The notes beneath the pieces are model-generated. The model saw only the letters and a list, made by a program, of their open reading frames with translations, searched no databases and was not told the DNA's origin. From the NCBI GenBank assembly GCA_965113315.1, contig OZ220365.1: a DNA stretch of 64,000 nucleotides. One strand, 5' to 3'. The DNA is from Podarcis vaucheri. Its lineage: Eukaryota. The translations under genes and the position numbers were made by a program. Positions within the stretch are counted from its first letter, which is position 1. Every line of letters begins with the position of its first letter. Below, in pieces: positions 1 to 12,355 of the stretch.

Positions 1-229
1 CACGCTACGACGCTGGTTGTGAGGCCTTCCACTTCCTATGCTCAGGTTGTATAGATGTGTAAATAAACCACATATCCTAAAGACATCACAGTCTCAACTG
101 ACCTTTCCAAGTAAACTGAACTCTGGGTAAGCATTGGAACCTCTGGAGTTTGTAGCCACTCAGAGACTGGGATGTGTGCAACATCATTCTCCTCAGGCTT
201 GGACACAGAGGGTTGTAATACATAGTAAT

Positions 230-436
230 ACAGGGAACCAGGCAGAGGGCCTTCTCGGTAGTGGCACCCGCCCTGTGGAACCCCCTCCCACCAGATGTCA
301 AAGAGAACAACAACTACCAGACTTTTACAAGACATCTGAAGACAGCCTAGTTTAGGGAAGCTTTTAATGTTTGATGCATTACTGTATTTTAATATTTTGT
401 TAGAGGCTGTCCAGAGTGGCGGGGTATAAATAATAA

Positions 437-437
<1 letters not shown>
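230..437 (+). mobile_element. L2-type LINE 3' end fragment
   Basis: Translates to GTRQRAFSVVAPALWNPLPPDVKE...FTRHLKTA, the typical L2 ORF2 C-terminus, and runs into an AT-rich simple-repeat tail. Confidence 0.75.

Positions 438-497
<60 letters not shown>
438..497. repeat. (TTA)20 microsatellite, probably grown from the LINE tail
   Basis: Perfect TTA run read directly. Confidence 0.97.
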
Positions 498-498
<1 letters not shown>

Positions 499-1586
499 GA
501 ACAGCAAAAATCAGGTGTCTTAAGTAAGAAGTAGTATTTCTGCTGGCACAAAACCATTATTGGGCACAAGCATTGTTTATTGGACCATTTAATAATATGA
601 ACTGTTCTCAAATCATGAGCAGCATGTCAGCCTGACAAAAATGATCAAGAGTGTGAAGATAAGCACTGACAATCTCTTCTTATGGTACAAGATGAGAACT
701 GTTGCAAATTCTTAAGGTGTCACTGAGGAAAAGAAACTGAAATACACACACACAAAGGAAATGAAACAAAATGAATAAAAGGGCATATAGGATGTGCTGG
801 AGGGGTTGCACCCCATTTGCATGCATTTACAATTAGAAACTATAGGAGCTTCAGGTCAGCGAAAAAAAGAGGAGTAGAGCTTATCCCTTGCATTTTTAGA
901 GTAAGGACAAAGGCCATAAAACACATGTGGCACAGAACTGATGGTGGCTAATCACCTAACAGTTAAGAACCGGACGTTAGCACAAACTCTGAATACCAAA
1001 TGTGATACATTTTAAAATGTGGGGAGTACACTGGAAAAATCAGATAAGAGCAGCCCAGTTTCTATCAAAATCAATTACAAAAGCATTGTGCTTTACCACT
1101 GAGGGAAGAGGGCATGTACTTGATTTTATTGACATTAGCAGCAAGGATACTAGTGGCTAAGCAAAATGTATTCACTTTGAAAACCTTGTATTGGAACAAT
1201 AAGCACTAGGGCAGTGAATGTACCCCCTGATCTGGTTTTGGGCCTTATTTGGCACCTCAGATTAGGCCCAGGATGACAAAGCCCAGGTCTGATTTGGGCC
1301 ATAAACTGAATCAGGCTCCTGTATCACACAGGACAGAATAATAAAGAACAATATTTGTAATTTTTTAAAAAGTTGCCAAGTTTGAAAGGATCTTAATTTC
1401 TGCTATGGGCAAAATAGCCTGGCCAGCAGCAACATGAAACTGTGTGGCACACTTTAAAATAGACTGTATGAAGGCAACCTATAATGTACAAGCCCGCTGG
1501 TCTTAGGAAATGTGTTTGTGTGTGGAGGGAATATAAGTCTTGGAACAGCAGTGTCCATTTGAAGGAGCAGCAGGAACTCAATGATA

Positions 1587-1646
1587 AGAGCAGCCTTCAG
1601 AATATGTAAACAAAGCAGAGCAACCTTCAGAATATGTAAACAAAGC
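1587..1646. repeat. 30-bp tandem duplication
   Basis: agagcaRccttcagaatatgtaaacaaagc x2 with one mismatch. Confidence 0.95.
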
Positions 1647-3234
1647 AGCATTCCCAGGCACATCCCCAGTATGCAAATGCAAGGAGCACAAGGCACGGCC
1701 ACCACTTTTTTGTTAAGCCTGCGGCAATCTCTGTCCAAGGCTATCTCACTATGTCTACAAAAATGGGAAAGGAGAACTGGATCAAATCCAAAACACAATT
1801 CACATTGCAATTATAAGAAACAGAATGACCTAATTCTCTGTGTTGCAGCAAATTAATTTGTAACAAGGGAGAATGACCTAGCCCATGGAGGCAGGGCAGG
1901 GGTGCTTCCATGGTTCAGCATAAGGCCTCCACACAAGTTGCAACTGTCCTGATTTATCAAGCACGACCCTATTTTTTCACGCTTGACCCTGGTAAATCGC
2001 CATTTGTATTTTTGCCTTTTGGGGAAGGCTTGCTGACATTTTTGTTAGTGTTAATTGCTAGCGATGGCATTCTTCAAGACTACGCTCCCCCACCAAAATC
2101 TCAGAATGAGACAACAAGAATCTCTGGTGTAAAAGCATGTCTGAATGTGTTTCAAATGTGCATACATGAAAATTCATGAACATAAATGATAAAGCTTGAC
2201 ATTTCTCTCTCTCTCTCTTTCTCTCTTTCTCTCTCACACACACACTGCAGCTGCTGTGGTATGTTTGATAATATGTGGTATATTTGACAATCAAATGTGG
2301 GTCAAATATATTTAGCCTGAAGAACAAAAACCCACAAGGCGTCAAGACAAGTTACTGCACAGCACAAGTCAGCGTCAGACAAGTTACTGCAGAGAAAATT
2401 AATAGAGCATATAGAAGGAGGCCCTGTCAATGCCCTCTATCCCATCTATCATCTCCTACTAATCCCCACTTCCTTATTTTGCTTAACTCTCCCCAATTCC
2501 TTCATTTTTTGGCTCATCTTTTTTTCTTCCAAACTCACAACAGCTTCCCTGCCTATTCGTTCTCCCCAGTAAACAGCCTCTATCTTTCTTATGGCCACAA
2601 TCCCCTCTCTCTCTTTTTGACAAAGAAATAAGAGGCATAAAGAAAGGAAAACTGTGTGTGCAAATATAATGTGTTAGATCTTCTAGACCAAGAGAGCAAT
2701 CCTATGGACCAGAAGCTGGCATAAAACAAGCTCCTGCAATTTAAGCTGGCACAAAGTTATACCAGATCCAAACTCTGTTTAACTGTGGCAAACCATTGAA
2801 ATAGCATTTTATGTTGGGTTGCCAGGTTACGTGACCAAACTGCCAGAGTTTAGGATCCCCCTCTTTGGTTCTGCTCCAGCCATGTCCCCAGAGCACCCAC
2901 TTTGGGGGATTTACATCGGCCTTGGCTCAGCAAGTCCTGGTTGAATCAGGATGAGTAAGTTATGGAAGTGTATCTTTGACTGAGCAGGGGTTGGGGACTT
3001 AAAACTAGTTGAGCCTGACTGAATTAGAGATCTAGTGTATCCCATGCATCTCATCCCAGGAGACTTTGCCATAGAATTCCCCTCTGTGAAGGAATCCTAT
3101 GGCACTTATAACTGCTGTATAGGGATGGAGGGATTTGGTTCAGCTCACATTTAAAGGTGAATTCATTCTTTCTAAAATAAGATGTGCACCAAACCATAGC
3201 CATCCTTCAAAATCTGCAAATGTGCATTAAAAAA

Positions 3235-3485
3235 GAGCCAGTGTGGTGTAGTGGTTAAGAGCGGTAGTCACGTAATCTGGGGAACCGGGTTCGCGTCTCC
3301 GCTCCTCCACATGCAGCTGCTGGGTGACCTTGGGCCAGTCACGCTTCTCTGAAGTCTCTCAGCCCCACTCACCTCACAGAGTGTTTGTTGTGGGGGAGGA
3401 AGGGAAAGGAGAATGTTAGCCGCTTTGAGACTCCTGAAGGGGAGTGAAAGGCGGGATATCAAATCCAAACTCTTCTTCTTCTTCT
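3235..3485 (+). mobile_element. tRNA-derived SINE (Squam3-like) with (CTT)n tail
   Basis: A box tggtgtagtgg, B-box-like ggttcgcgtc, (CTT)n tail; near-identical inverted copy at 50631-50875. Confidence 0.85.
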
Positions 3486-6400
3486 ATGTGTTAGTGAAGA
3501 CAGCGTGTCAAAACGCATTATATATGGGGAAACTGCTTTGCAAAGATGTATGTATGTTAAGGGAAGTTGCACTAAAATGCTGGTGCATTTTCATGAGGGT
3601 TATTTAAAAAATGATGTGGAAATGTTGAAAACCAAATTTAAGATTAGGAAAATGAGAAACAGATAAAAACTGAAATGGGCAATTTCACTCATTCTTATGC
3701 CTCACTAGAAATGTATAGGATTGTGTCATTAATAAAACTTAGGTCCCTTTGAAATCAAAGGGACTTTGGGGATGGCTTAAATTTCAGTGAGTGCAATGGT
3801 AATTAGGAGAAGCCAGCTAAGTTTGAATCTAGCCCAATGTCTCTAAAAATAATTATTAATCTGCTTTATGTTTCCCCTCCCCTCCCTCAAGTTTAAATCA
3901 TTTTTGCATGCCACTGTCACAGCACAGGAATATTTTAAAATAATTTGGGGGATAGAATTTGCAGTTTTACATTTGCTCCACCAGGGGGGAATAAATACAC
4001 ACACATTTTTTCACCAGACTAAACAGCCCGCTTCTGTTGGATATGCATTTAATATCTTCTAGCAAGGCTCAAGAGTTCGTTTCTCCCCCCACCTTTCATA
4101 ACTCTGCATAGTTGGGGGGGGAGTAAGCGACTCGAAAGATTTCCCCTATCCCAGTCTGAATTTTTAAAACTAAAATCCGATATGGCCTCTGGGAGGGCAT
4201 CTCCGGGGGCATAGGACAGACCAAATCTGCCTCTCCACAGCTGGAGCTATAGGTTTTAGGCGTTTAGTTCTAAACCACTGGAGACTATTGATTACTTTCA
4301 ATAGTTATTGTCACAGTACAGCATCATTTTATAGGTTCATCTTTTCCATAAGCAGTTGCTTGCCAACATTTTCAGCTACTGATGAAATAGAACACGGTCA
4401 AAGCAGTATTTCCTCTTCGATCTTCTCTTTAATTCCTGGTTTGTATGTATCCCCTGCCTCTGCAGTTAGCATTCTGCCCTGCTCATCACTACAGAAGCAA
4501 TTGCCTTGGGCTGCCCCGGGGTCCTCCTAGTTCATCTCCAAGATGGAATTAACAACTTGCATTGCGGATTCCATGGAGCATGAAATTAACAATTCCCCCT
4601 AGCAAAGGCTGCAATGCAAGGCACACCACTGGTCTGAAAGATGGCCAGCTGCTCAGGTCTGCTGCTTCTTCAGGCAGCTTTGCCTGAAGGCCATGTTTCT
4701 TCTATTCCCAGGGTTTATTGGCAGTTTATTAGAATTTCCTCAGAGAGGTCAGGTTATGTTAAAACCACTGCCTTCGTGGGCTGTTGGCTATCCCAGCAAC
4801 CTACTTTTCCCCTCTTCTTATTTCCTGACTATTCTGACGCAGACACAGACACACACACAGAAACACACACAGAGCACATTTTTCCATAAGAAAATTAAGC
4901 TATCATTCCGAATTATCTCTGCTAGCAAAATCTGATCATTGTACAGTGAACCCCAGCAGGTTCACAGATCCTCAGCCTGACCTTCTTTGGCAGGAGAAAA
5001 TAAGAACAGATGAAATCATGCAGAATATGAATGCTGCCTTTCCTATAGCACGAATCACCTCCCATGTTACAGTTGTGCAGCAGCAATCCCTTTCTTATCG
5101 ACATCTGGCAGTTGCATTCCCCTTTCTGATCTTTCTATTTTTAATATCGTCTCTCTCTCCCTCCACCTCCTCTCCCTCCGAAGATTAAAAAATCTCTCAG
5201 ACATTGCTGAGTTGTCCACCTTCTGCTGAATCATCAGTTCAGGAAAGCACTGCTCTGCCTCACGCATCGTAGGAGACCATGTCTGCTCTGCAAGCAATAT
5301 GGAGTATAATGGTGAATCTTTACAGACTAAACTTAGAAGTCAAGGATCAAGCAGAAAGATTCTTCAACCTGCTTGAAAACAAGCTTGATCAGCAGACTCT
5401 CATAGGGGTTGGAAAAGGCTCCTTTCCTAGATGCTAAAGGAGACCTCCCTCCCAGTGCTTGTGGCAGATTTTCATTGGGACCATGGCATGAAAGGGTTAA
5501 ACTCTCCCTCCTCAGCTTCTCAGGTCCAGGAAGCTGCCTCCTACATCCCTCAACTGCTATTTACATTAAAAAAACAACAACCATATGCATGTTAATTCAA
5601 TCAGTGACATACTTAATTTTAAAAGAAGAAGGTTACTCCAAGCAACAAGTAGTCCATGCTTTATGGGTGCATTCAGACATGGGGAATATTGTGTTAGAGC
5701 TTCTGCCTCATTTTCTAATATTCTCAGTACCTCTATAGAACTGTGGCTTTTTGACCAATATGTCAGCATGTCATGCTAAATTTCATTCACAAGGCAACCA
5801 ACATCATTGAGGCAACATTACTCTCCCGAGCTTTCTGGTTCTGCTCCCCCATGAAAACAGCTGGAAAGAATTGTATGCCAGTATACCTCCCCAAATTCCA
5901 TCAATTTACTATCATGGTTTTCCAGGTGAAGGGGGCTGCAAAAGCATTTTTCTGGAATCAAATAACTTGGAAATAAGTGCTAAACATGCATTACATTACA
6001 TTAGTTCTCTGGGAGTGGTTTTTATGTTACCTTTATGTGGAAGGTCAAATATAATGCGAAAATTAACAGTCAGTGAAATGTCAGGGATATGTGACCATTT
6101 GGAGGCTGCTCAGAAAGCAAATTCTCCTGTGTGCAGCCCTGCCACTACAAAGCTTGGACCTCACTCAGGCTGTACACACACTTCTGTTTACTCTGTGTCC
6201 AGTGCACTCCCACTGTTGGTTTGGGAAGCAGTGTACACACATTATCTGCAACAATCCATCTCTCTCCTATCATTTCTTATGAAATACTGTGTTTTGAAAT
6301 TGTTTCCCCTGCAAACCAGCTTTGATCCAAAACGAACAACCTTGCTGTGTAATGTGTACACAACCATAGTTGCTTGTCACTGAAACTCACCTTTCTTTTG

Positions 6401-7164
6401 CATTCATCAGTCTGCAGTGTAGCTGTGGCTCTTACTTTTCCAGCTAGAGACAGACAGTGCTTTTTTTTTCTTGAACACTATGTGCCATTTAGAATATAGG
6501 ATACTGGCTCAATACTGTCTTCAGTTATAGCAGAGGTTCGCTTTATGCATTTTAATTAATTTTAAAATAGTCCATTTTCCACCATGTATGTCTCAAAGTG
6601 GCTTACAACAGTAAAACATACAACGCACAACATTCAAAGTTCAAGAATTTAAAATTGCAAAAAAGAAAAGAGAATGAGAGAGGGGGGAAACACACCTGAG
6701 AAGCATATACCAAGATTGCAATTTCCACTCACTTCTTCATTCACCTGGGACATGTGTAGGGAGAAAAAGTCTGGAAAACCTAATCAAGGGAAGAGTTTTC
6801 AAATGCACATCGAGTAGCCACACCCACCTCTGTGGATGGCAGGATCTAGATTAACAGAAACATGTTGAGGATGAGCAGGAATTATGTAGCCTACAATATC
6901 TGTACACTTGCTTATGGTTTCAAGCCTTCTCTCAGAAACTGGCTAATCCCGTTATATTATTTAAAGTAATCAAATATTCTAAGTTCAGCAGCAGAAGATT
7001 CAGACAAGGAATGCTGAAAATCAGTGAAGCTGAAAGATAATTTTGGCTCTGAGTGAATATTTATAGAGTGTCTAAGGTGAGGTGATGCAGAAACTCCCAG
7101 ATCCATCCCCTTGCACCTTCTAGTAGGGCTGGGAATGTTCCCTCTCTGAAACCCTAGAGGACCC

Positions 7165-7970
7165 TGGAGTGCAGAATGAAGCAACTAGACTGGTGACGGG
7201 TACAGACTACCATCATCAACACATGACACTGGTGTTTAAAGACCAGCACTGGTTTCCCATCTGCTCCCAGGCCAAGTTCAAGGTTCATATACTACTGTAC
7301 ATAGCCTTGACTAACTTAGGCCCAGAACACCTTAAGGACCACCCTACCCAGTAAACTGCAAGTCGGTCACTGAGATCATTAGGGGGAGGCCTATTGGTGG
7401 CTCTATATGGGCGCTGTGGGACGCGGGTGGCGCTGTGGGTAAAAGCCTCAGCGCCTAGGGCTTGCCGATCGAAAGGTCGGCGGTTCGAATCCCCGCGGCG
7501 GGGTGCGCTCCCGCTGCTCGGTCCCAGCGCCTGCCAACCTAGCAGTTCGAAAGCACCCCCGGGTGCAAGTAGATAAATAGGTACCGCTTACCAGCGGGAA
7601 GGTAAACGGCGTTCCGTGTGCTGCGCTGGCTCGCCAGATGCAGCTTTGTCACGCTGGCCACGTGACCCGGAAGTGTCTCCGGACAGCGCTGGCCCCCGGC
7701 CTATAGATGTGAGATGGGCGCACAAACCCCAGAGTCTGTCAAGACTGGCCCGTTCGGGCAGGGGTACCTTTACCTTTACCTTGCCCAGTAAACTGCAAGT
7801 CGGTCACTGAGATCATTAGGGGGAGGCCTATTGGTGGCTCTATATGGGCCAGAAGGACAATGCAAGCCAACAAAGGTGGGCCAAACTCTATGGAACTCCC
7901 TTCCACAAGAAGTTAGGCAGGCACTGTCCCTGCTGAGTTTCAGGTGCCTGGTCAAAGTGTATCCTATATC
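7165..7970 (+). mobile_element. Old L2-type LINE ORF2 3' fragment interrupted by a Sauria SINE
   Basis: QNEATRLVTG..HMTLVFKDQHWFPICSQAKFKV..ALTNLGPEHLKD before the SINE and LWNSLPQEVRQALSLLSFR after it. Confidence 0.75.
7418..7782 (+). mobile_element. Full-length young Sauria (Squam1) SINE
   Basis: Head gggacgcgggtggcgctgtgg, B box ggttcgaatcc, core gtgcaagtagataaataggtacc, (ACCTTT)n tail; very CpG-rich. Confidence 0.92.
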
Positions 7971-8292
7971 AAGAGGGTTAAGTACAGTAGCTTGTTTTAC
8001 CTGAGTTTTTTTAAAATCAGTTTTTAGTAAAAAAAAATATTGTGTTACAAAACAACAAAACAAACAAATAAACAAGGAAAAGTACATATAGTGTCTCCAC
8101 TTTCAATTCATAGAGTCTTACAGTTTGTTTACATTTGGTATGAGACACTATTGTCATAGACATTGTGCAAATGGGGGAAAAGTGAGAGGGGAGGGAGATA
8201 GGAAGGGGGGAGAGAGAGAGGGAGGGGAATATAATGATATTTTGTTCTATTGCATAGCGTTTAATTACCCTGTCCGCTTTCCACACAGAAAC

Positions 8293-8556
8293 CGTTAAGT
8301 TGTGGGTGAACATATCAGACGACACAGCAATTCTTCAAACAGCTCTTGTTTATTCACAGGCCAGAACAGAACTGAACTGAAGGGTTCAGCCAGCCTGCTT
8401 ATATAGAGCTCCACTACAACGCAACAGTAACCATTTTCTGTAACTATCCAATCACTGAACATCACTTTCAATCCCTTATTTGCATATGTGGACTTGTGTG
8501 AAAACTATCTACAGTATCCCCCTGCTGGCCCAGGGTGAAAATTTCAGTACATAACA
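8293..8556 (-). mobile_element. Solo LTR (264 bp) with 5-bp TSD
   Basis: Minus strand reads TGTTA...TAAC(G), flanked by GAAAC at 8288-8292 and 8557-8561; TATA box then AATAAA in LTR order. Confidence 0.8.
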
Positions 8557-10815
8557 GAAACAGTACTGTCAGTATTCAGTGACTATGACTAACTCTTTAA
8601 CTTTGCAGTAAAGGGCATACCCACACTTAACTTTCCTCTGCTCTTTCCAAGCATATCCTGTGATTTAAAGTTATGTGTCCTTCTCTTTTTGCTCTGGAGC
8701 TTTCCCCATGAAAATTTGCACTTTAATGACAATCTGCAGAAAACTTGAATTAATGTTTGCTCCAATTCAGCTTTAGATTGGACACAGAACATTTAAGCGT
8801 GAACCTCTGCATGGAAAGAGCAGACAATAGGCAAGTGTGGATAAGCCCAAATTTATTAAAAGTACCATATTGTATCAGTGGCCTGTTATCATATCTCTTA
8901 ATCTTAAATTTACCATTCTCCCACTTTCTGAGGCTGAAGTTGAGAACTTAGACTCATGAAGGAAAATTTATTCAGAGAAGACTCAAAAGCGGGGTGGGGG
9001 ACTTCCAAACACTCAGATATGACGGCACTCTTGATGCCAGCCTTGGGTGTCACATATAATACCTTGAACACATCTCCCAACACAGCAAGGACTTGTATTA
9101 GCCAGTACGGTTACCGTACATTCACTTGCCAGGTTCCTTCAGAGAGTAATTCCTGGACTCTATTGCCCAAGTGGAGAGTTCCTAGCACAGTCTGATAGAA
9201 GACGGAGAAACTGAAGAACTGACAGATGGCATGAAAAGGAAAGCTGCTGGTGAGAAAGAGCAGCCTGGAGCTGAGAGATTTAGAAAGGGAGTGAGAATGA
9301 GAGAGCTGGTAAGAGATAGAAGGAATGCCGCATGATAGAGACAGCATCTTAAGGGGGAGATGGGGCATTCTGGAAGGGGTGGTCCTTACTGGAGGGAGAG
9401 CATGAATGAAACAGGGCTGAAGAGAAAAGGGAGTTTGGGTATTGAGGTGCAGAACAGGGTCTGTGGGAGTTGAGAGACAAAAGTGAAATTGAGAGGGAAA
9501 GGAGGAAGGGAGGGGAGTGTGAGGGAGGAACATAAGGGAGAAAACAGAGGGCCTGCTGTTGTTTGTGAGGGTGCAAATAAAGCCAGCTAAATATTTGTGA
9601 GGGTGCAGAAGGTTACAGTGACAAAAGCAAGATGGGCAACAGCTGCAGTGCAAGGGCAATGTTGTCGGTGTTTTGTGTGGAGATGTAAATGAAGTACGTA
9701 TCTTGCTTTGAATTCTGTTGTTCTTTTAAACAGAGCAGATCTGAGCAACATCCGGCCGCATTAGCTCATGTTGGCATGTGGCCAATTTTCAGGAGCAGCA
9801 TTTGAGATTTCTGCTTCTTGACTGCATTCTGCCTTGCTTATTCCCCTTTCTTTATACAGTATACAATCCATTTAGGGATATACACAGGCTTAGATGCACA
9901 TGAACTATATTCTGCCTGTGTTTTTATTTTTGCTCTGGTTTCAGGAGACCTGGGGTCATGAGTGTTGTGGCATTTTATTTTCTCCTATAATAACTGCTAG
10001 GAGAATTATAAGAGAAGATAAACTGCTCCAACCACTCATATATTGAGAGATTCCCCTGGTTTCACTCTATTTTAATGTAGCCTCTGACTATCCCCATTTA
10101 CTGCTGGAAAGCCCCTCAAACACCCAGCAATGGTTTTGAATCTGCTTGCAGCTGTGCAGATACCATTATGGCATCCCTCACCCAATAACGGGGGGGGGGG
10201 GGGCTTAAAATGAAGGTCAGGATACAGGTGTCAGCAGTAAAAAAACAAACAAACCAAAATCATGACCACACAAATCTGGTAAAACTGTATCAGACAGGCT
10301 GGGGATGTGGAAGGTATTTCCATGTGGGACAACAAATGAATCAGCTCTGTTATAGCATCCCTCATTTCAAGCGCTTTGATTGTTCCTGACCTTGTAAGCT
10401 TTTCTCCCTATAATATTATTCTGTCCAGGGCTGGGAGCTAAGGTTGAGTATAGAACGAGACAATACCACAGCATTTTCAAAATGATAGCTTGCTTCATAT
10501 TCTTATCCTAGGTTAAGACTCTCAACCATTTCCTTTCTACAAAAATGCCATCTGCTGGTTGTTTTACTGAATTTATTTATTTCTAGGGCTATAAAATATG
10601 TATCGTTTTTCACCTGAGCATCCCATGGCGTTTCACTCAAGATGTGGAGCCAATAATGCCGTTTTTCTCCCCCAGCAACTTAGATTAATTAGAACCAGGT
10701 AGCTGAAGTGATGCGAAATATAACAGGAAAGAGTTTTATCACTGTACTACTGTATCAAACAAACAAACTGCACTACTGTACATTATTATTACAGGGATAT
10801 ATGGAAGTCCTAGCA

Positions 10816-10951
10816 CAGAGGTGGGGAATCTGTGGCCCTCTGGAGGTTGTTGGACTCCCATCCACCCCAGCTAGCATGGCCAGTGCATCAGGGATGATGC
10901 AAATAGGTGTCCAAAAGCAACCTGTGAAGTGTAGGAGATTCCCCATCCCTG
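10816..10951. mobile_element. Palindromic hAT-like MITE, degenerate (related copies near 21540-21690 and 32730-32870)
   Basis: Termini cagaggtgggga...tccccatccctg and an internal inverted repeat. Confidence 0.6.
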
Positions 10952-11044
10952 ACGTAGGTAGTAAGGCACAAATAGAATGAATCTAGAGACTGCTGATTCC
11001 AATTAAATTTTCCTGGAGCCTAGAAATGGAAGAATAGTAACTTA

Positions 11045-11213
11045 CCGTATTTTTTGCACCATAACACTCACTTTTTTCCTCCTAAAAGGTAAGGGGAAAT
11101 GTCTGTGCGTGTTATGGAGGGAATGCCTATGGGTGGCATGCCTACGGATTTTCCTCCTCTAAAAACTATGTGCGTGTTATGGTTGGGTGCGTGTTATAGA
11201 GCGAAAAATACGG
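11045..11213. mobile_element. Tc2/pogo-like (Tc1-mariner superfamily) MITE
   Basis: 23-bp TIRs starting CCGTATTTTT (3 mismatches) and TA TSD on both sides. Confidence 0.85.
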
Positions 11214-12044
11214 TATGTAAAATGTGGACTATTTCAACAGTGACATGTTAAAATATATTGTCCATTTCAGGGGAAGGAGATAGAGCCTTATGAGGGGGGT
11301 TTTCCCAGGAGGTACCCAGCTTGGGGACTTAGTACTGTGGGGCTGAAATAGAAGTTCAGGTAGTAGAAGCATTTTCATTGTGAAATTTATAATAATCTGG
11401 TTGTGATTCTTATGGTATAAGAAGTACTTGACATTGGATTTCCTTCCTCTTCTGTTATGGCTTGTATGTATGGAAGTTCTTGCCTTTATGTATAAAATAA
11501 AGGCAGGAGGGGAGAGGAATATTTCATGCCAAGTACACATCAGCCATGCATGCCTGTAAGATTACGAGACTCAATGTACTGTAATTCCCTCGTAGGAGGG
11601 CTTACTACTGGGCTTCTCTCTCACTTGCTGCTTGTTCAGAAGGCTGCCGCATATTGGGTTGGTGATCTGAATCTGTGATGCTTTTCCATTCCTCCATTCC
11701 TACACAACAGCAGAAAGCCAGCCTTGGACATTTGACTGCTCTAAGTGAGATATTAAAAATAATACTATCACTCCCATTTCCTGGCATAAAATCCTGGTCC
11801 TCTGGCTTCTCCACGCTTTTCAGTAAATCCAGGCCCCAATGGGGTTCAACTGCCAATGCCCACAGAATACCCCTCTCTCTTCCTGCCTGCATGAGGTCTG
11901 TCTCGAGACCTTAATTACGGTAGTTCTTTTATAACTAAACTGCTCTTCAAATTGCTAACATGTGGGGGACAGAGCAATATAGTACATGTCTAAAGAACCG
12001 GAGGGAATTAACAATCTATGCAAGAAAGAAAACAAGGGAGTGAC

Positions 12045-12173
12045 TCATAGAATTGTCGAGTTGGAAGGGACCATGAGGGTCATTTCCTCCAATCCCCTGC
12101 AATATGGGGATCTTTTTGCACAACGTGGGGATCGAGCCCACGACCCTGAGTCTCATGCTCTGCTGAGTCAGCT
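12045..12173 (-). mobile_element. Short tRNA-derived SINE with CR1-like tail (Squam2-like)
   Basis: Minus strand shows a tRNA-like head (ggctcgatccc) and the tail ...ggtcccttccaactcgacaattctatga. Confidence 0.65.
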
Positions 12174-12179
12174 TGTCAT

Positions 12180-12355
12180 GAGAACATAAGAAGAGCCCTG
12201 CTGGATCAGACCATAGGCCCATCTAGTTCAACATCCCATTGGTCAACCAAATGCCTATGGGAAGCCTGCAAACAGGACCTGAGCACAACAGCACTCTCTC
12301 CATCTGTAATTCACAGAGACTGGTATTCAGAGGTATACTGCCTCCAACAGTGGAG
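12180..12355 (-). mobile_element. CR1 LINE 3' end fragment (related copies near 16637-16835 and 42445-42690)
   Basis: agaacataagaagagccctgctggatcag...catctagt...tggtattcagagg motif, shared by three copies in the window. Confidence 0.65.

Noticed and set aside
3268-3468. Apparent duplicated small gene (MDLISRLSL... also at 50648-50911)
   Set aside because: Both ORFs are antisense translations of the same SINE family.
4100-5300. Possible decayed coding sequence or pseudogene (several short ORFs on both strands)
   Set aside because: No recognisable protein motif, frequent stops and no consistent exon structure; would need TBLASTX.
5871-6383. 170-aa ORF
   Set aside because: Non-ATG start, no domain similarity that I recognise, and no splice or codon support.
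7418-7520. tRNA gene or CpG-island promoter
   Set aside because: The A/B boxes and CpG richness belong to a SINE head. The same applies to 3235, 13461 and 35052.
9111-9659. 182-aa minus-strand ORF
   Set aside because: Explained by pyrimidine-rich low-complexity composition, which is poor in stop codons.
10190-10203. G14 run (another at 59279-59292) as a functional G-quadruplex
   Set aside because: Isolated homopolymers, length unreliable in assemblies, no supporting context.
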